A stretch of 64,000 bases of DNA, from positions 18,985 through 82,984 of the forward strand of contig JAHLTZ010000058.1 of NCBI GenBank assembly GCA_025786725.1, in the 5' to 3' direction. Numbering within the stretch: position 1 is the first letter of the stretch; every line of letters starts with the position of its first letter. Position numbers and translations under genes: made by a program. This document shows, one piece after another, positions 24,947 to 49,606 of the stretch. The notes under the pieces are model-generated. The model did not search any database. It was not told the DNA's origin and was given only the letters and a program-made list of their open reading frames with translations. This DNA comes from Syncephalis fuscata S228 (lineage: Eukaryota; Fungi; Zoopagomycota).

Positions 24947-26376
24947 GTAAACATAGGCCCGATACAGGCTACTAAGGGAAAGAAGTTGTTTGTAGTTGGT
25001 ATCGTAGTATGGCTGTTGTTTAGAATGTCAGGAGAATAAATAAATAGATGTGTGTGTGTGTTTATGTGTATTAATTATATATTTATATGTAGGTATTCAT
25101 TTGTGTGTGTATTTGTGTATCTGTAGGTATGATGTGTAGACTTGTGTGTACTTGTATGTACTTGTATGTGTGAAGCAATAAAATAGAATTAAAACATCAA
25201 TGGCCTTGAATATCAACGATGACAGTAGATGCAATGGTATAACACTTTAATCATTGGTATAATCATTTTACTAGTAGTAATTAGTAGTAATTATTATTAA
25301 ATGGGTTGTTGAGGTAAGTCTGTTTATACTTAATATCGATCATAACAAAAAACCGTTTCTGAGTAAGACCACTTGATAGATAAATGTTAATCGAAGTGTA
25401 CGGAACCATGAATTGTGTCTTGGAAAGGAGAAATACGGGCTTATTCGTTTCAGCCCTAGAGATGCACTTATAAACTTCCTTTCTCTACACCGATTGATAA
25501 TAACGAAGGGAACGTTAAGGGGCAAGATAGGAGGCTTTTTTAAGATGTAGAGTTACAGTCAATATACACTTGACCATTTAAACTCAAACAAAATGAGTAT
25601 TTATAGCCTTGTTAAACGGATTTGATACACGGTGTGTTGTACGGTGCACTCAGCGACTAAATGGTGTACTTGATTGACGTGATGTCTTTGTTTATAAAAC
25701 CATTTATATTAAATACTATAGAAACATTTAATACGTGATGTATAACAAAAAATAACCAATTAATAATACAAATTATTAGTAATAAGTTTAATAGTACCGT
25801 TATTGTTACTATTGATACTTATAGTTAGTAATATAGATAATAAGTGATTTGTAATAGTTGCTAAAAATAAAATATACAAGTAATAATATCGTGAGAGTAT
25901 ATATATATATGCGACGGTGTCATTACTGAACTATCTCCGCCATTATAATTTAAATACCGCTATTTATTGATATTAGACGAGTTTAACCCCATTATCTTAA
26001 TTAACTACTCCGACCGTCATATGATCCAATCATAGGTTTGAGTGTTATTGATAGTAATACAATAGAGAAACTAGGCACAGTTATCAAGTTTGATGTGCGT
26101 AAACAATAGACACAAAGAATAGATGAAACTAATGGATACAAGGGTAACCATTAATGAAAAATAGGTGAGCGATAATTGATTAGACATTACACTTTAGAGA
26201 GTGTAGATTGAAAGTATGGTTTATTTAATTCGGTTTATTAGTATTATTGATAAGTACATTAAAACTGTATTAATATCTAATAGTAAATACTAGTTATTTA
26301 AAAGTCTTAATTTATTCATCATCACTTATAGTTGTGTGTAAATATACAGATATGTATATGTTAGTGAGTGAGTGGA

Positions 26377-26380
<4 letters not shown>

Positions 26381-26420
<40 letters not shown>
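26381..26420. repeat. (TG)20 microsatellite
   Basis: Perfect TG run. Confidence 0.95.
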
Positions 26421-26421
<1 letters not shown>

Positions 26422-27613
26422 ATATGTATGTATACCTTGAACCATGCTCTCTTATGCATACTATCTATCTACTGGAGAGCATAGGCGTGTTTACACGTGG
26501 ACTGGCCATGACCGCGTGTCTGTGCCATGTACGCATGTGCCATACAAAAATAGGCCGTACATTAACCTGCATGGCAATCAATAAATATTCACCTTGAATC
26601 TGGCACTACAGTGACGTTGGTACTTCCTGATGCGGCGTACCAAGCCTTTCACACTGCCACTATTGCTTTCACCGTTTTACTATTGCGGGTGAAATGGCTA
26701 CTAGTATCAGCATGCATAGACTACAATGTTTAGAATCATGTGCACAAACCAATATAGACATGTGCGGGTACACGCATGGATTAATACGATATCATGCATT
26801 GTATCATCGATGGCACAATTGATATGACACTGCCATCATTGTATCTACCCAACTATCTATCAATTATCATTTAGAAATAATAGCAACGATACTAGTAATG
26901 TGTAAGCAATAGCGTAGAATGTAATATAATAGTTATTAATACGCTAATTGACGTAATAGTTAGAATCAAGGCCTATTAGCAGTAAGAAGAAAGTAGCCGC
27001 CATATTAAAAATAAATAGCTATCCAATAAGACGCGACAACATCAAGGACAGTTTTTTGTAACCAACTACGATGAGTTGGAAATGAACAGTGCATGTGACC
27101 CGGAACGAAACGAAAAAAGATGGTCACTCAAAAGCTAAACACCAAAAAATACTTGGAATCAATTCCTTGAAAATAAAACACACATATATACACAAAATAC
27201 AAGTACTGAGTGTGTGAATATATAAGTATTTTATAGTTAATAACGATGTTTATTAATACTATACTGTATGTATATCTGTATAGATGTATTGCTGTTATCT
27301 GTATTCATGTGTGTATATCTGTATATCTGTATGTATGTGTGTATGTGGATGAATGAATGAATGAATGATGATTTCTCCGACTTGCGTGGTCATATCACAC
27401 ATTTACTTATCATGTTGTGTGTGTGTGTGTGTTCCCTGGCCTCCCTTTTTCATCAAAGAAACCGCGCACACCACAACGAGCTTGTACTTGCTCACACACT
27501 TCATCTCATTGTGCTTGCCACACCTTGTTCTTTTGTTCGTCGCTACATCATTGATTACTTCTACGCCAACTTTGAACCATTTAGTACCTATTACTCTACA
27601 CGCTTCCTTTTCT

Positions 27614-27645
<32 letters not shown>

Positions 27646-27663
27646 ACTACTACTTACTACTAC
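27614..27663. repeat. (TAC)n microsatellite
   Basis: tactactactac run. Confidence 0.85.
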
Positions 27664-28175
27664 GTTACAACCTATTCTACCTATTAGTTGCAACTAATAA
27701 TACGTTCGCGGTTGCTAGTTCCACTATCATCCTGACATTCGTTATTTAAATACTAGCTTATTGGCTATTATTAGTCTATGCCGTCGTATTAGTGAACATA
27801 ATTAGTTTTCTACCGTATTATTGGCATTACTCGATACTATTGAAGTGCTAGTTAGTATTCTGTGTTGTAACGTTGTTATCGCTACCGTAATTGTTGTTTC
27901 GTTGGTCAATTTGTTCGATTGGCTATATTAGTATACATTAATAATTGCTAGCTCTGTGTCCTACCAGTGCCAGTAATAGTAATAGTACTGAACTGATTTG
28001 TACCGAAGAAGATACATTAATATTCACAAAGACTATAATTGTAGTAGTGCCAAAAGCTGCTATTCCCCTTTATATATAATTAAGCTTAACGAACCCGCTT
28101 CGATCGCTGTCCTAGTCTTGTATATCGACTCTAGTTAGTCGTGTACTTGCTTTCTATCATCCTTATTTCTATATT

Positions 28176-31100
28176 ATGACCGTGGCACCTGGCCCATCTC
28201 TCGTAGTTGAATCAATGGCGCTTGAAGCACCACGCGAAGAGTGGGTGGAGATCCAGGATCCACAATCTGGCAATATATTCTATGCAAATCCGGTAAGTTG
28301 GCTATAGCATGTTTGAATATGCCATAAACTAATGGTCTAATTTTGTGATATGTATATTGGATGTGTTGTTTTATTTGTACATGATATACACTTATAGAAT
28401 ACAGGCGAATGCTCATGGGAGGAGCCTATGAATGCACACATGTAAGTGATACCGGGAGTAAGGAGTATGACGACAAAGTGGTTTCAAAGTCAAAGCTTTA
28501 AAATGGATTGTACGATTACTAAACGTCGTTTCAATTTATTTGCATGCATTTGAACTATGTGTAGTTATTATAACAATGGCATAATAATGATAGCTGACTT
28601 TTAATCTATGGCTATGACTATAACTGTTATTAGTAAACCACGCGATCCAACTGGTGAATGGTGGGAGTTATTTGACGAGACACACGGACTACCCTACTAC
28701 TATAATACGTATACTGGTCAGACAGAATGGCTTCGGCCGGAAGTTGGCACGGTGATCCCACTTCATGCATTACAGGTACGCATCGGCATTATGTGTCTAT
28801 TGTAATATGTAGATGCATGCATGACAATCTACTAACCACAGTGGATTAAAATAGAATTCCACCATTGGCAAGCGAGTTTCAATGGCCATTACTGATCGTG
28901 CCTCACGTGTACTTAGCAGTGAAGATGTTGATTTCAGTAAATTGGAACAAATGTATGGCAAACAAGGCCAAGGAGCTGCTGCTTGTCAGCGTAATAACAT
29001 ATACCAAATGGCACCGTCAAACAGTGGTGATGGCCAAAACAATCAAACTTACGCACAAAGGCAACAACAACCGTCGAACTTCAATGTGGTGACACCTCGT
29101 TCTTCCGTCTACAGTGAAAGTAAAATGAGTGAAGCTAGCATATATAGCACACAATATACATCGATGGGACAACAGCAACAACAACCACAGTCACAGCAGC
29201 CACAATATCGACAGCAGCAACATCAGCAATCACAGCCACGACAACAACAACAACAACAGCAATTGCAGCATCGACAACAACAACAACAGCAATCGCAGCA
29301 TCGACAACAACAACAACAGTCACAGCAGCAGCAACAACAACAACAGCAGCAGCAGCAGCACTACCGACACCGCTCTCAAGGAGCTACTAGTGAAGCTATA
29401 AGAGCTACTACTGGTCCAAACGGTAATCAAGCAGCTACTAGTCGACATCGACCACACGCTAGTGCGCACGTACAGCACTCGATTCCAAAGGTAAGTGATT
29501 AACACACCACTACAATTATTATATACTAACTATTTATTGTAGATCTCTTGTAGCAATATTGATGAAGAAGCCAATATGGCTATGCCTACACATCCAATGC
29601 TTAAACAAGGCAATCGACCAGCCAATGAGGATGGCCATGGCGCACAGCAGCAGCAAATGAGTCTGCAACAACGACGTAAGATGCAAAATGGTACCACCAA
29701 TGGTTCGTCATCACAAACGTTGCAAGCTGTTGATCGTTCACGTAATATCACTCGCTCAGCCAGTGCCATAGATCTTAAAATCGGTAGTCCCGATAATATA
29801 GATGCAAATGGCAATGGTCTTTATGTTCAACCCACGCACACCACCGCCAGCGTAGTTGAGTTTCATCGTGGTGGCGATGATGACTATCCAAGATCCGCTG
29901 GACTTTTACGTACGGATGACTATAGTAATCAGAATCAGAGTGCGTTTTATGAAATCATTTTTGAAGGTCATTTTCTTGTTGTTTCTTTTTTATTTATTTA
30001 TTTGTTGTTGTTGAAAGAGGGAAAATGACCGCGGGGCGAAAATAACACTATAGAGCCAAAACTAACCTTTTTTTGCTTTTCCTTTTTATTTTAGTGGAAA
30101 CCGGTGCTACATTAATGTCGCAATCACCATCGGCCAAATCAGCGCCACAGAGTCGGTAAGTAGTATGACAAGTTAGTGTTAGCATCTTATTTACTTGTCT
30201 ACTTATTGATAATGGATTTAGTACTTCATTGCCTGATTTGCACGATGATCCAATTATTCAACTTCAAATTGATGGGTTTGCCAAGAAACACTTTGCCACC
30301 CACAAAAAGGGATTGTTCCGTCGTAAAGTGCCAGTTGAGAAGATGTTGCAATGGTCAAGAGTAGGTTATTACATAAATAATTTGTTTAATTCAATACTAA
30401 TTGGTGTTAACTAGGAATCGCTCAAATTGCCTCTACTTACTTTGAACAAGAATGCTCATCGTGATGCACTTAAAGTATTCAAGATCATTCAGCGTATTAT
30501 GGGTGACCGTCCTCGTGTACGTGGCAGCACTGCCGTTGAGGATATTCAATGGGTATTGGACCGTGGTCTACAAGAACCAGAACTACGTGATGAGATATAC
30601 GTTCAACTGTGTAAACAAGTGACGGCCAATCCAAGTAGGCAAGTGTTTGCTATTTAAACGTATATGAAATAATAGACTAACCTACCATTAATATCAGTAC
30701 AAGTGTATTTAAAGGCTGGGAATTGCTTAGTGTCATTTGTGTCACATTCCCATCTTCAAAGAACTTTGAAGACTATCTAAAATGCTTTATACAACAGCAC
30801 TTTAACGAACCAGACCGTATTGATATTATGGCAGTTCATTGTCACAAGAAATTGCTACGTATTATTAACACAGGTCCAAAGGGTAAAGCACCGACCTTTG
30901 GCGAGATTGAACATGCCAAAGCGGCCGCTTTCAATCCAACTGTATTTGGTGAAGGTCTTGATACTATTATGGAAATGCAAGAAAAAGACTTTCCTGATCT
31001 GCCTATTCCACGTATTCTTGCCTTTCTGGCTGAAGGCATTCTTGAGCTTAATGGTCAAAAGTCCGAGGGTATATTCCGTGTACCGGGCGATGTTGACTTT

Positions 31101-31537
31101 GTTACCAATCTCAAACTACGTATTGAGAAGGGCAATTACGATTTAGCCGGTATTACTGATCCCAATGTACCCGCATCTCTACTTAAGTTCTGGCTTCGTG
31201 ATTTGGCCGATTCACTTATTCCGGGCGATTCCTATCGTGAATGTATTTCAAATGCCGAGGATGCCAAGTCGGCCCTGGCCATTGTTGCCCGACTACCCGA
31301 CATTAACCGACAAGTGGCCGAATACATTATCGGATTCTTCAAGTATTTGCCCGACCCGAGTGTAGTCAACGCACCAAAATGACGATTGATAACCTTGCTA
31401 TGGTGTTTGCACCCAGTTTCCTACGCTGTCCAACAAGCAGTCTGACCCAGATCTTTGAGAATACGCGGCATGAACAAGCGTTTGTTAAAACACTTATTCT
31501 GAACATGCAATGCCGGCCTATCGACAAAAGAACATGA
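28176..31537 (+). CDS. WW-WW / MyTH4 / RhoGAP protein (ARHGAP39/Vilse-like)
   Basis: WW domains (EWVEIQDP..IFYANP; EWWELFDETHGLPYYYNT..TEWLRP), polyQ, MyTH4 (LRDEIYVQLCKQVTANP), RhoGAP (SEGIFRVPG, ASLLKFWLRDL, KMTIDNLAMVFAP). Frameshift near 31335. Confidence 0.9.
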
Positions 31538-32343
31538 ATTTACATTTAGTAGTTCTTTCTCTTTGTTTCTTTCTCTTTTCTTTCTTTTCTCAGTTTTTTC
31601 TACGTAATTTCAAGACAGTGCAAACGGTGATTGCTCTGTGGTTGATGTATACAATAGATATTCATCTACAACAAACAAACAAGTAGAAAGAGAATCACCC
31701 AAGCTCTTAAGATATACGAATCATCTATGCAAGCCACTATACTTTTATCTATTGTCATTGACACACAGAATATATTATTACTATTATTATTGCTATATTA
31801 TGACTATTATCCGTGTTGTTAATGTAGTTAATGTTTGCGTTGTTGTTGTTATGGTCATTATTAATAATCTACCGTGGTTATTTGATATGTAACACGTGAT
31901 AACCCAACTCTAATCTTTTCCTGTCATGTTTAATAAACATGTGTGTTAGATGTGTATTAACAGTCCTTCGGTCATTATAAACACCGCGCCATTGCCTTGA
32001 TTTTCTTTTTCTTGTTACCGGTTACCGGCTGTTGTTGTTTCAGTCGTTTATTTTTGTTGTCACTTTGATCACTTTTATCTTGTTATTGTTCTAAGTTTCC
32101 TATATATATATATATACTATAGGGAAAGAGTTATACGATAGATAGGACGGTAGCCATATCTATTCTAGTATAACGTACACATCTAGTTTTTTATATAGTA
32201 AATTAACTGCACTAGCACGTCATCTTTAAGGCTGCAATTACTATATTTTTCTTTTTAAACCAAATTTATTTACATTACAAAAAGACTATTAGCAATACTA
32301 CGACTACAATCTTTTCTAGTTAGTATTGCAGCAATTAGGGACG

Positions 32344-33450
32344 ATGATTCAATTTGCTCCTCTTAATGTACCGCGTCAACGCCGTCTTCAGACTTTGGCC
32401 GTGTTGCTATGGATATTGATGTTGCCAATATGTTTGAGCATCTTTCTCTACTGTGTCTGGCATGCGGCAACTTGGCCATTAGTCACGGCCTACATGACGT
32501 TTATGTACTTTGACGTGGCACCCGAACATGGTGGACGTAAAATTGAATGGATGCGTCGGCTTATTTTCTGGCGTTGGTTTGCTGACTATTTCCCTATGCG
32601 GCTTCATCGGGAAGTATTACTTGATCCATCACGTAATTATATATTTGGTAAGCATTAAATTGATTAAAATAGTATGGTTATGGTTATTAATTACAATTGA
32701 TTGTACTAGGCTATCATCCCCACGGTATTATCAGTATGGGTGCGTTTACTAACTTTGGTACTGAAGCAAATAATGTAAGCGAATTACTGCCTGGCATTAA
32801 TTGCCGCTTAATGACCTTGGCATCGAATTTCAGCATTCCATTGTATCGCGACTTTATCCTATCGCTTAATATTACATCAGTGTCACGAAAGTCAATTGAA
32901 CGCATTTTGGCCAAAGGGCCTGGTAATTCGTGTATGATTGTTATTGGTGGTGCGGCTGAAAGTCTTAATGCACGGCCTGGTGTTAGTGACTTGACACTAA
33001 AGAAACGACTTGGCTTTATTAAACTGGCTATTCGCAGTGGGTAGGTTATTAGTAATCGCTTTATATCCAGTATCTAACATTGTGCGATATAGAGCTGATT
33101 TAGTACCAGTATTTTCGTTTGGTGAAAATGATATCTACGATCAAGTAAATAATGAACAAGGTTCGATGGTACGCACAATACAGACACGTTTCCAATCGAT
33201 CTTTGGTTTTACCACGCCACTATTTCACGGTCGAGGTATTTTCAACTATAGTATGGGTGTTCTACCGCATCGCCGTCCTATCAATACAGTTATTGGTCGA
33301 CCCATTCGAGTACAGCAGTGTGATAACCCAAGTATGGAACAAGTGTTGGCTGTACAGCAACAATATATTAAAGGATTACAATCGGTCTATGATAACCATA
33401 AAGATGTATATGCCAAGGATCGTATTCGCGAATTACGTATCGTAGAATAG
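32344..33450 (+). CDS. DGA1: diacylglycerol O-acyltransferase 2
   Basis: FAPLNVPRQRRLQT, FADYFP, YHPHGII, GGAAESL, RLGFIKLA, LVPVFSFGEND, FHGRG, PHRRPI. Two introns. Confidence 0.95.
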
Positions 33451-33618
33451 AGCCATATGGTACCGACAGATATAAACAATGGCGTTGTTTATTCTAACAA
33501 GACAATCTTATTCTTTCTCATTTAATCTTTCTACGTTGCTATTATTTTATTTCATTAAATGTCCTTCATTATATACTATATTTATAAAGTGCTTAAAGAC
33601 AATGATAACTATTTATTA

Positions 33619-36416
33619 CTAGACTAGTCCTTCGGTAATCACTTGTTTCTTGTAGTCCTTGATGCCTTCACCTTCAAATCGAGCCACACGTCCTTTACTA
33701 CATACCCATATCTCGCTACTGACCGCAGAAATGAATCGTTCGTCGTGACTAACTAGCACGACACCACCACCAAACGATTTAAGAGCCTGAGTCAATGCAT
33801 CGATCGAATCCATATCCAAATGATTCGTAGGCTAAGTAAAAGCAAATATTAGTATTAATATTGATATTAATAAAACAATTTGACATTAATTACTTACTTC
33901 ATCAAGAATTAAAAAGTGTGGATTTTGAATGGCCATACAAGCAAAGGCAACACGACTCTTTTGACCACCACTCAGTGTACGAATCTGTTGTAGACCTGTC
34001 ATGCCAGAAATACCAAATGCACCCAATTGACGACGGTATTCTTCCTCAGTCTTACCCGGCCAACGAGAGGCCATATAGCCGACTGAAGTCATATTGACAT
34101 CAAGCTGGTCAACGTGATGCTGACTAAAGTAGGCAAAGCGTAAACGACCATTACGACGAACATCACCACTACTTGGTTCGAGTTGGCCAGTAAGTAATTT
34201 AAGCTATAAATAAAATAAAATTAATTAATTATTAATATTATAGTTATCATAAAGCGTTTACTTACCATGGTTGTTTTACCAGCGCCGTTTGGTCCAACCT
34301 AAATAATAAATAAGATTATCTATATTACATTATTTAAATAAAAAATTACTTACAATGGCAATACGTGAATTCATAAGCATATCAATATTAACATGCGATA
34401 ATGTACGACTGCCCGCTTGATAGCCAAAGGTTACTTCATTCATCTGCAAGATAGGCGCGTTAAGACTATCTGGATCAGGGAATTGGAAGGTGACCACTGC
34501 CTCATCTTCTGGCAATTCAAGGGTCGGTAGCTTTTCAAGAATCTTAATTTTACTTTGAGCTTGTGCAGCACGATTAGCATTGTAGCGCCAGCGATCGATA
34601 AAGTCTTGTAAATGTTTGCGATATTGTAGTTGTGATTCAAATTCACGTACTTGATTCTTACGACGTTCAACACGAGTTTTGTCAAACTGTGTGAAATTGC
34701 CCTTATAATAATCAAGACGTTCAGAATGTTGATGCATAATATCTGTGGCCACTTCATCAAGGAATTCTATATAAATAAATAGTACAGTTTAATGGCTATT
34801 CCATCTATTAATACATGCATTAATGACATACCTCGATCGTGAGAAACGACCAATAGTGTATTGGGCCAATTTTGCAAGTAATTTTCTAACCAAGCCACTG
34901 CAGGAATCTATTATAAATAAATAGATAAATAAATAGATAGGCATAAATGGCAAGTTAGTGTATATTCATTATTGTCATACTGTTTAATAGTTTACTAGTT
35001 TAATAGCTCTATTAACTTACATCCAACATATTTGTCGGTTCATCAAGTAATAGTAGATCTGGTTTACAGAACAGTGCACGGGCCAATGCCAAACGCATAC
35101 GCCAACCACCAGAGAATGTTCGAGTGGCTCGTTTTTGTGCCTCTGGTAAAAATCCTAAACCGGCCAGAATAGCCGATGCACTAATCAACATCATTTTAAT
35201 TAATACTAGCAATATTTGTTAAGTAGCTACTATTACTTACCGTGCTTCTGCTTTATCCGATTCAATTTCCTCTAATTTTTGGAAGGTTTTTTGAAGTCGT
35301 TCACTTAGCGAGTTCTTTGTTTTTTCATACGTTTCTTTGGCTGCTTCATCGTTTTCATCAATGGCCTGTTCATCAAGCTCGGCAAGTTCCTGTTGTATTG
35401 TACGTTCTTCTTCAAGTAAATGTTCACGCCAGGCATCGGCACTAAGTACCGCTTGAATGGCCGATGTATCTGTCCCCGTCATCTAATTGGATTAGAAATA
35501 CTTGTTAAGAAGAAGAAAAATAATACTTGTTGATAACAAACAATCACTTACTTCTTGTTCAACGTGAAGAATACTGACTTGTGCTGGTACGGCAACTTCA
35601 CGTAATGATATATTACGTAGCAGTGTACTCTTACCTATAGATAGTTATATCCAATGAGTACTATTACTTTATGTGCTTATTATGGTCAATATCAATATTT
35701 ACCAACACCGTTACGTCCAATAAGACCATATCGTCGACCAAATGATAACATCAAATTAGCATCGGTAAGGATACGTTTACCAGCAAACGAGATGTCAAAG
35801 TTCTAATAATAACATTATTCTATTATTCATATGACACTAGTAGGTAGATATTATAACTTACTTCAACACGGACATCCTTTGATTTACCACGGGTCGTTGT
35901 ATAGTCAAGAATAGGATTGACGGAAATAAATGTAGTATCGTCTTTTTGGTCAATAAGTTTACTTGCTTCATAGGCTGCACGACGATCGCGTTTTTCCATT
36001 TTCGCCTTAATCTTCGCTTCAGCTTTGGCCAGCTTTCGGTTATCGACCTGAGAGGCAACTTGTCGACCCGATACACGTTCCATATCAGACGAACCGACTA
36101 CAAGCCGCGCTGTAGCCGATACAGATTCTTGAGTAATCATCTGCACGGGCTGTTCGAGTTTTGTAAGTTTTGGTGCCGTGTCCGATACTCGATTCATACA
36201 GAGATCGCCAAGACGCCGACACAGATCGCGTACGGCAGTCTCGCTGCCACCTGCATCCTCAAGAATAGGCCCAAGGAATTCGGCCAAATCGTCTTCCTCT
36301 TCTACGGTCGGCGTGTCATCGAGGTAGCCGAGAATGTACTCGACAATGGCATCATCGACCGCGGGTATGCATTCGCGTACAAGCGCGGTCACTTGTTCAG
36401 TACGCATTTCACTCAT
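33619..36416 (-). CDS. GCN20: ABC-F family ATPase Gcn20/ABCF3
   Basis: Two ABC cassettes ([32 protein letters not shown]; [28 protein letters not shown]) and a Gcn20-type N-terminus. Confidence 0.93.
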
Positions 36417-36711
36417 ACTAACAGTAAGGATCTACAGAGGCTTTAAAGCCACGAGATACAGTAGATATAATAATAGAATAAAAGCGGTGAAGCTACAAAC
36501 TTTGCGTATGAATAATAGTGTGGCGGTGGCGATGTGTCTGTGTAAAAATCAATAGTTTAAAGACAACATTTCAGCTATTTATTAATAATACTAACAAAAT
36601 GATTAATTAATTAATAGTAAGAAGTTGAGTCAATATGGGTCATTTTTCTGCTCGTATTTGCATTCCGTTTAGCCGCGTTTTTAATTTTATTGTTTCTTCG
36701 TATAATACACC

Positions 36712-46926
<10,215 letters not shown>

Positions 46927-47534
46927 TATCGTATATGTGGTATTTAATAAACGACTATTAAGTTAGTGGCTATAAATAAAAGCAGTTTTAAAGGGAATAA
47001 AAAGTTTTTATTTTATTAATAACAACAAAAGACTTTGCATACTAGCATTGAGATTAACTTGTATCATACATAGATACTAAGTAAAGCAGTGTAAAACATA
47101 AAAATTTCAAACCTTTTAAGTTATTGTACTATCATATTACATAAATTTAAATGCATGTTTTTTCCAAATGTTTTATTTAAAACCAAAGTATAGTTATAAT
47201 AATATTTATTTATAAATCTCTACACCTGTGTGGTCACAATAGCGATAATAAGCAAAAATACTAAAAAGCAATCTACCCAACATGTCGGTATATCATAGAA
47301 CAGATTAATAGTAAATGAATGAATGTATTAGAATAAAAATTATTTTATTACCAAAACTACTCATTATTGTAGAACATGTTTATTAATAAAATAATGTATA
47401 GCTGGATGTGCGATAGGAAAATATTCAGGCAAAATTTCAGTCAAGCATAGTATTATTAATTTAATCATTATCTTTAACAATAAGCACATTATTTATAACT
47501 AAACGTTATGATTTATTGAATAAAGTGAGTAAAC

Positions 47535-49606
47535 TTATGTCATCCAAGGTTGAATAATCTCACATCCTTTAGGCATGTCATATGCTTCGATCGATTTAAC
47601 CAAAGGAGCAGCATATAAACCTTGCGCACTCAATCCAAGACCGCGCTTAGCAAATGCGGCCCAGATTTCGCAAGCATTATTTCCAAATGTCAATGCCTTT
47701 TCTGCTTGTAAAATAGCATTTCTTGCCGCAATAAAAGTTGGCGAACACAAAGTCAATTTCATGCCAGTAATAATCACCTTAAGGGCCAGCGTATTTCCTT
47801 TTTGCTTTAGTAAATCTTCATGCTGACCATATTTATAGTTTTTCCAGTCTATAAAGCCATGCTTTCGAACTAAATTCCAATAAATTTGATAGAGAATATT
47901 TCCCCAGATAGAGCCACCTGCATGTTCTTGTTGCCATTTGCTTTCGAGTAAATTACCATAACGAGCTGGATTATCTTGTTTGCTTAAGCTATAAGGATAT
48001 GGACGGCCACTATATATGTTGTCTAATTTATTGACATCCATCCTATCGGTTGGTTGCGATTTCTCTGTCATTTCAACCCAAAGAGCAACGAAATCGCTCC
48101 AGCCTTCTCCCATGGCTTTACCTTCCATGTTTGTTAGACAATTTGAGTTGTGACTACCACCGATTAATCGATTTGAAGTTCCATGGGTGACTTCATGAAC
48201 CATTAACTGTGATTGGAATCCCGAATCTAGATTTGGATAGCTTCCAGTCCACATGCCAGTCTTCAGTATCCCACTTTGACCATCGGGTGGTGTAGCAAAG
48301 AATGCATTATTAATAGATTCTGGATAGCGTAAATAGGCTTGAACGGGATCATTTCCATAACCGCCTTATCGAAATTAAGTTTTTGGAAATTTCCGGCTAT
48401 TTCATTAAAACCATATTCACGAAATATATCATGCATCATGTTAAATATATAAAAAGCGTTTGTTGCCGCTGCTTTAGCGCTTATTGATGCGGGGCCATAG
48501 CCATTATAATTGTATATATCATTCTTGCTTTTGACATACCCAGTAACACCATCATTTTCTATTTGTATGTTATTGCCCCACAATGCATTATATTTACGAG
48601 TGCCAATATGCCAATCATTTTTTGGATCAAACAGTTTTTGTGGATCTGTAAGAACTGTCTGTCCAGATTCATATATACGAATCTTTCCAAGTGGCACGAC
48701 ATTATATTGATAGCGACTCGTCCAGTTTGCCAAAGCTACCACGCGTGGCCTATCAACTGCTACATGAGCGTTAATATAGTCGATTTTAAGCTTTATGGTA
48801 AATTCCCAAGCCAGGGTCAGTTGCTTGTTTTTGAATGAATAAACGCGCGCTTGACTTGAATTGGATCGAGTGCAAATGGCACATTCTCTATAATATATTT
48901 GACATCATTTTCATTACTTGTTTTTTGGGGAGTAATTTTAACGGCATTAATATTAGGCAACTTTTGCTTAATGTGATTCGACAGTTCCTGAAGTGCTGCT
49001 CTCATACTGGCAATCATTTTTGGATCATCTGGAGACCAAACAGCCGGTTTAGCAACAGCAGGGCCACTATAAAATGAGTGGGCATAATTTATAATTTGTC
49101 CTTTGTCGTCCAAGTGAAATTCCATGTTGCTAGATTGAATTTCAATACCGTGCATGAGCTGTCTTAAATAAATGTGAGATAGCTTAGGAGATGTATCTTG
49201 GTAAATCTTCTTTAAAGCGTAACTTTCTTTTTGAAGGTTGAGATTTTCTTGAGCAAATTTTAAAGCAATAGATAGTGGGCTCTGATTTGAGCTATATTTT
49301 GCAGTAAGCTTTTCGAAATCAGCATCCAAAAGTGTTGTTTTATAGATATTTCTGGACTTGGATTTACATCAGGAATTGGCGTATAGCCATTGTTTAAACC
49401 TGTAGTTTGAGTTTTGGTTTAGATTGGATTTCAGGCTTTGCTGTGACTTGATTGACGTTATTTGTTGATATCTTTTGGTTCGACATAGCATTGGCAGTGG
49501 TGTCTATTTGTTGTTGCACTGTCTGAAGTTGAGCTGCCATCCTTGCTGTGGCAAAACTAGCAGCACTTGCAAGTACCAAAGCTGCTAATTTTAGACGAAA
49601 CTTCAT
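47535..49606 (-). CDS. fungalysin (M36) secreted metalloprotease, intronless, several frameshifts
   Basis: Signal peptide MKFRLKLAALVLASAASFATA, FTP propeptide (HIYLRQLMHGIEI), YGFNEIAGNFQ, NNAFFATPPDG, HEVTHGTSNRL, GEGWSDF, IWAAFAKRGLG. Split over 4 ORFs. Confidence 0.88.

Noticed and set aside
25414-25440. U6atac-like GAAAGGAGA motif
   Set aside because: The downstream GGTTAGC catalytic triad region and U4atac-pairing region are absent.
24455-27697. Short ORFs in the TBC/RhoGAP intergenic region
   Set aside because: Translations of microsatellites and low-complexity UTR/promoter DNA (VCVCV, YYYY, TTTT).
22263-31382. Frameshifts in TBC GAP (~22315) and RhoGAP (~31335), also in CMTR1-like and ATR, as programmed frameshifting or pseudogenes
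   Set aside because: Single-base losses scattered through conserved genes without slippery motifs are best explained by assembly indel errors.
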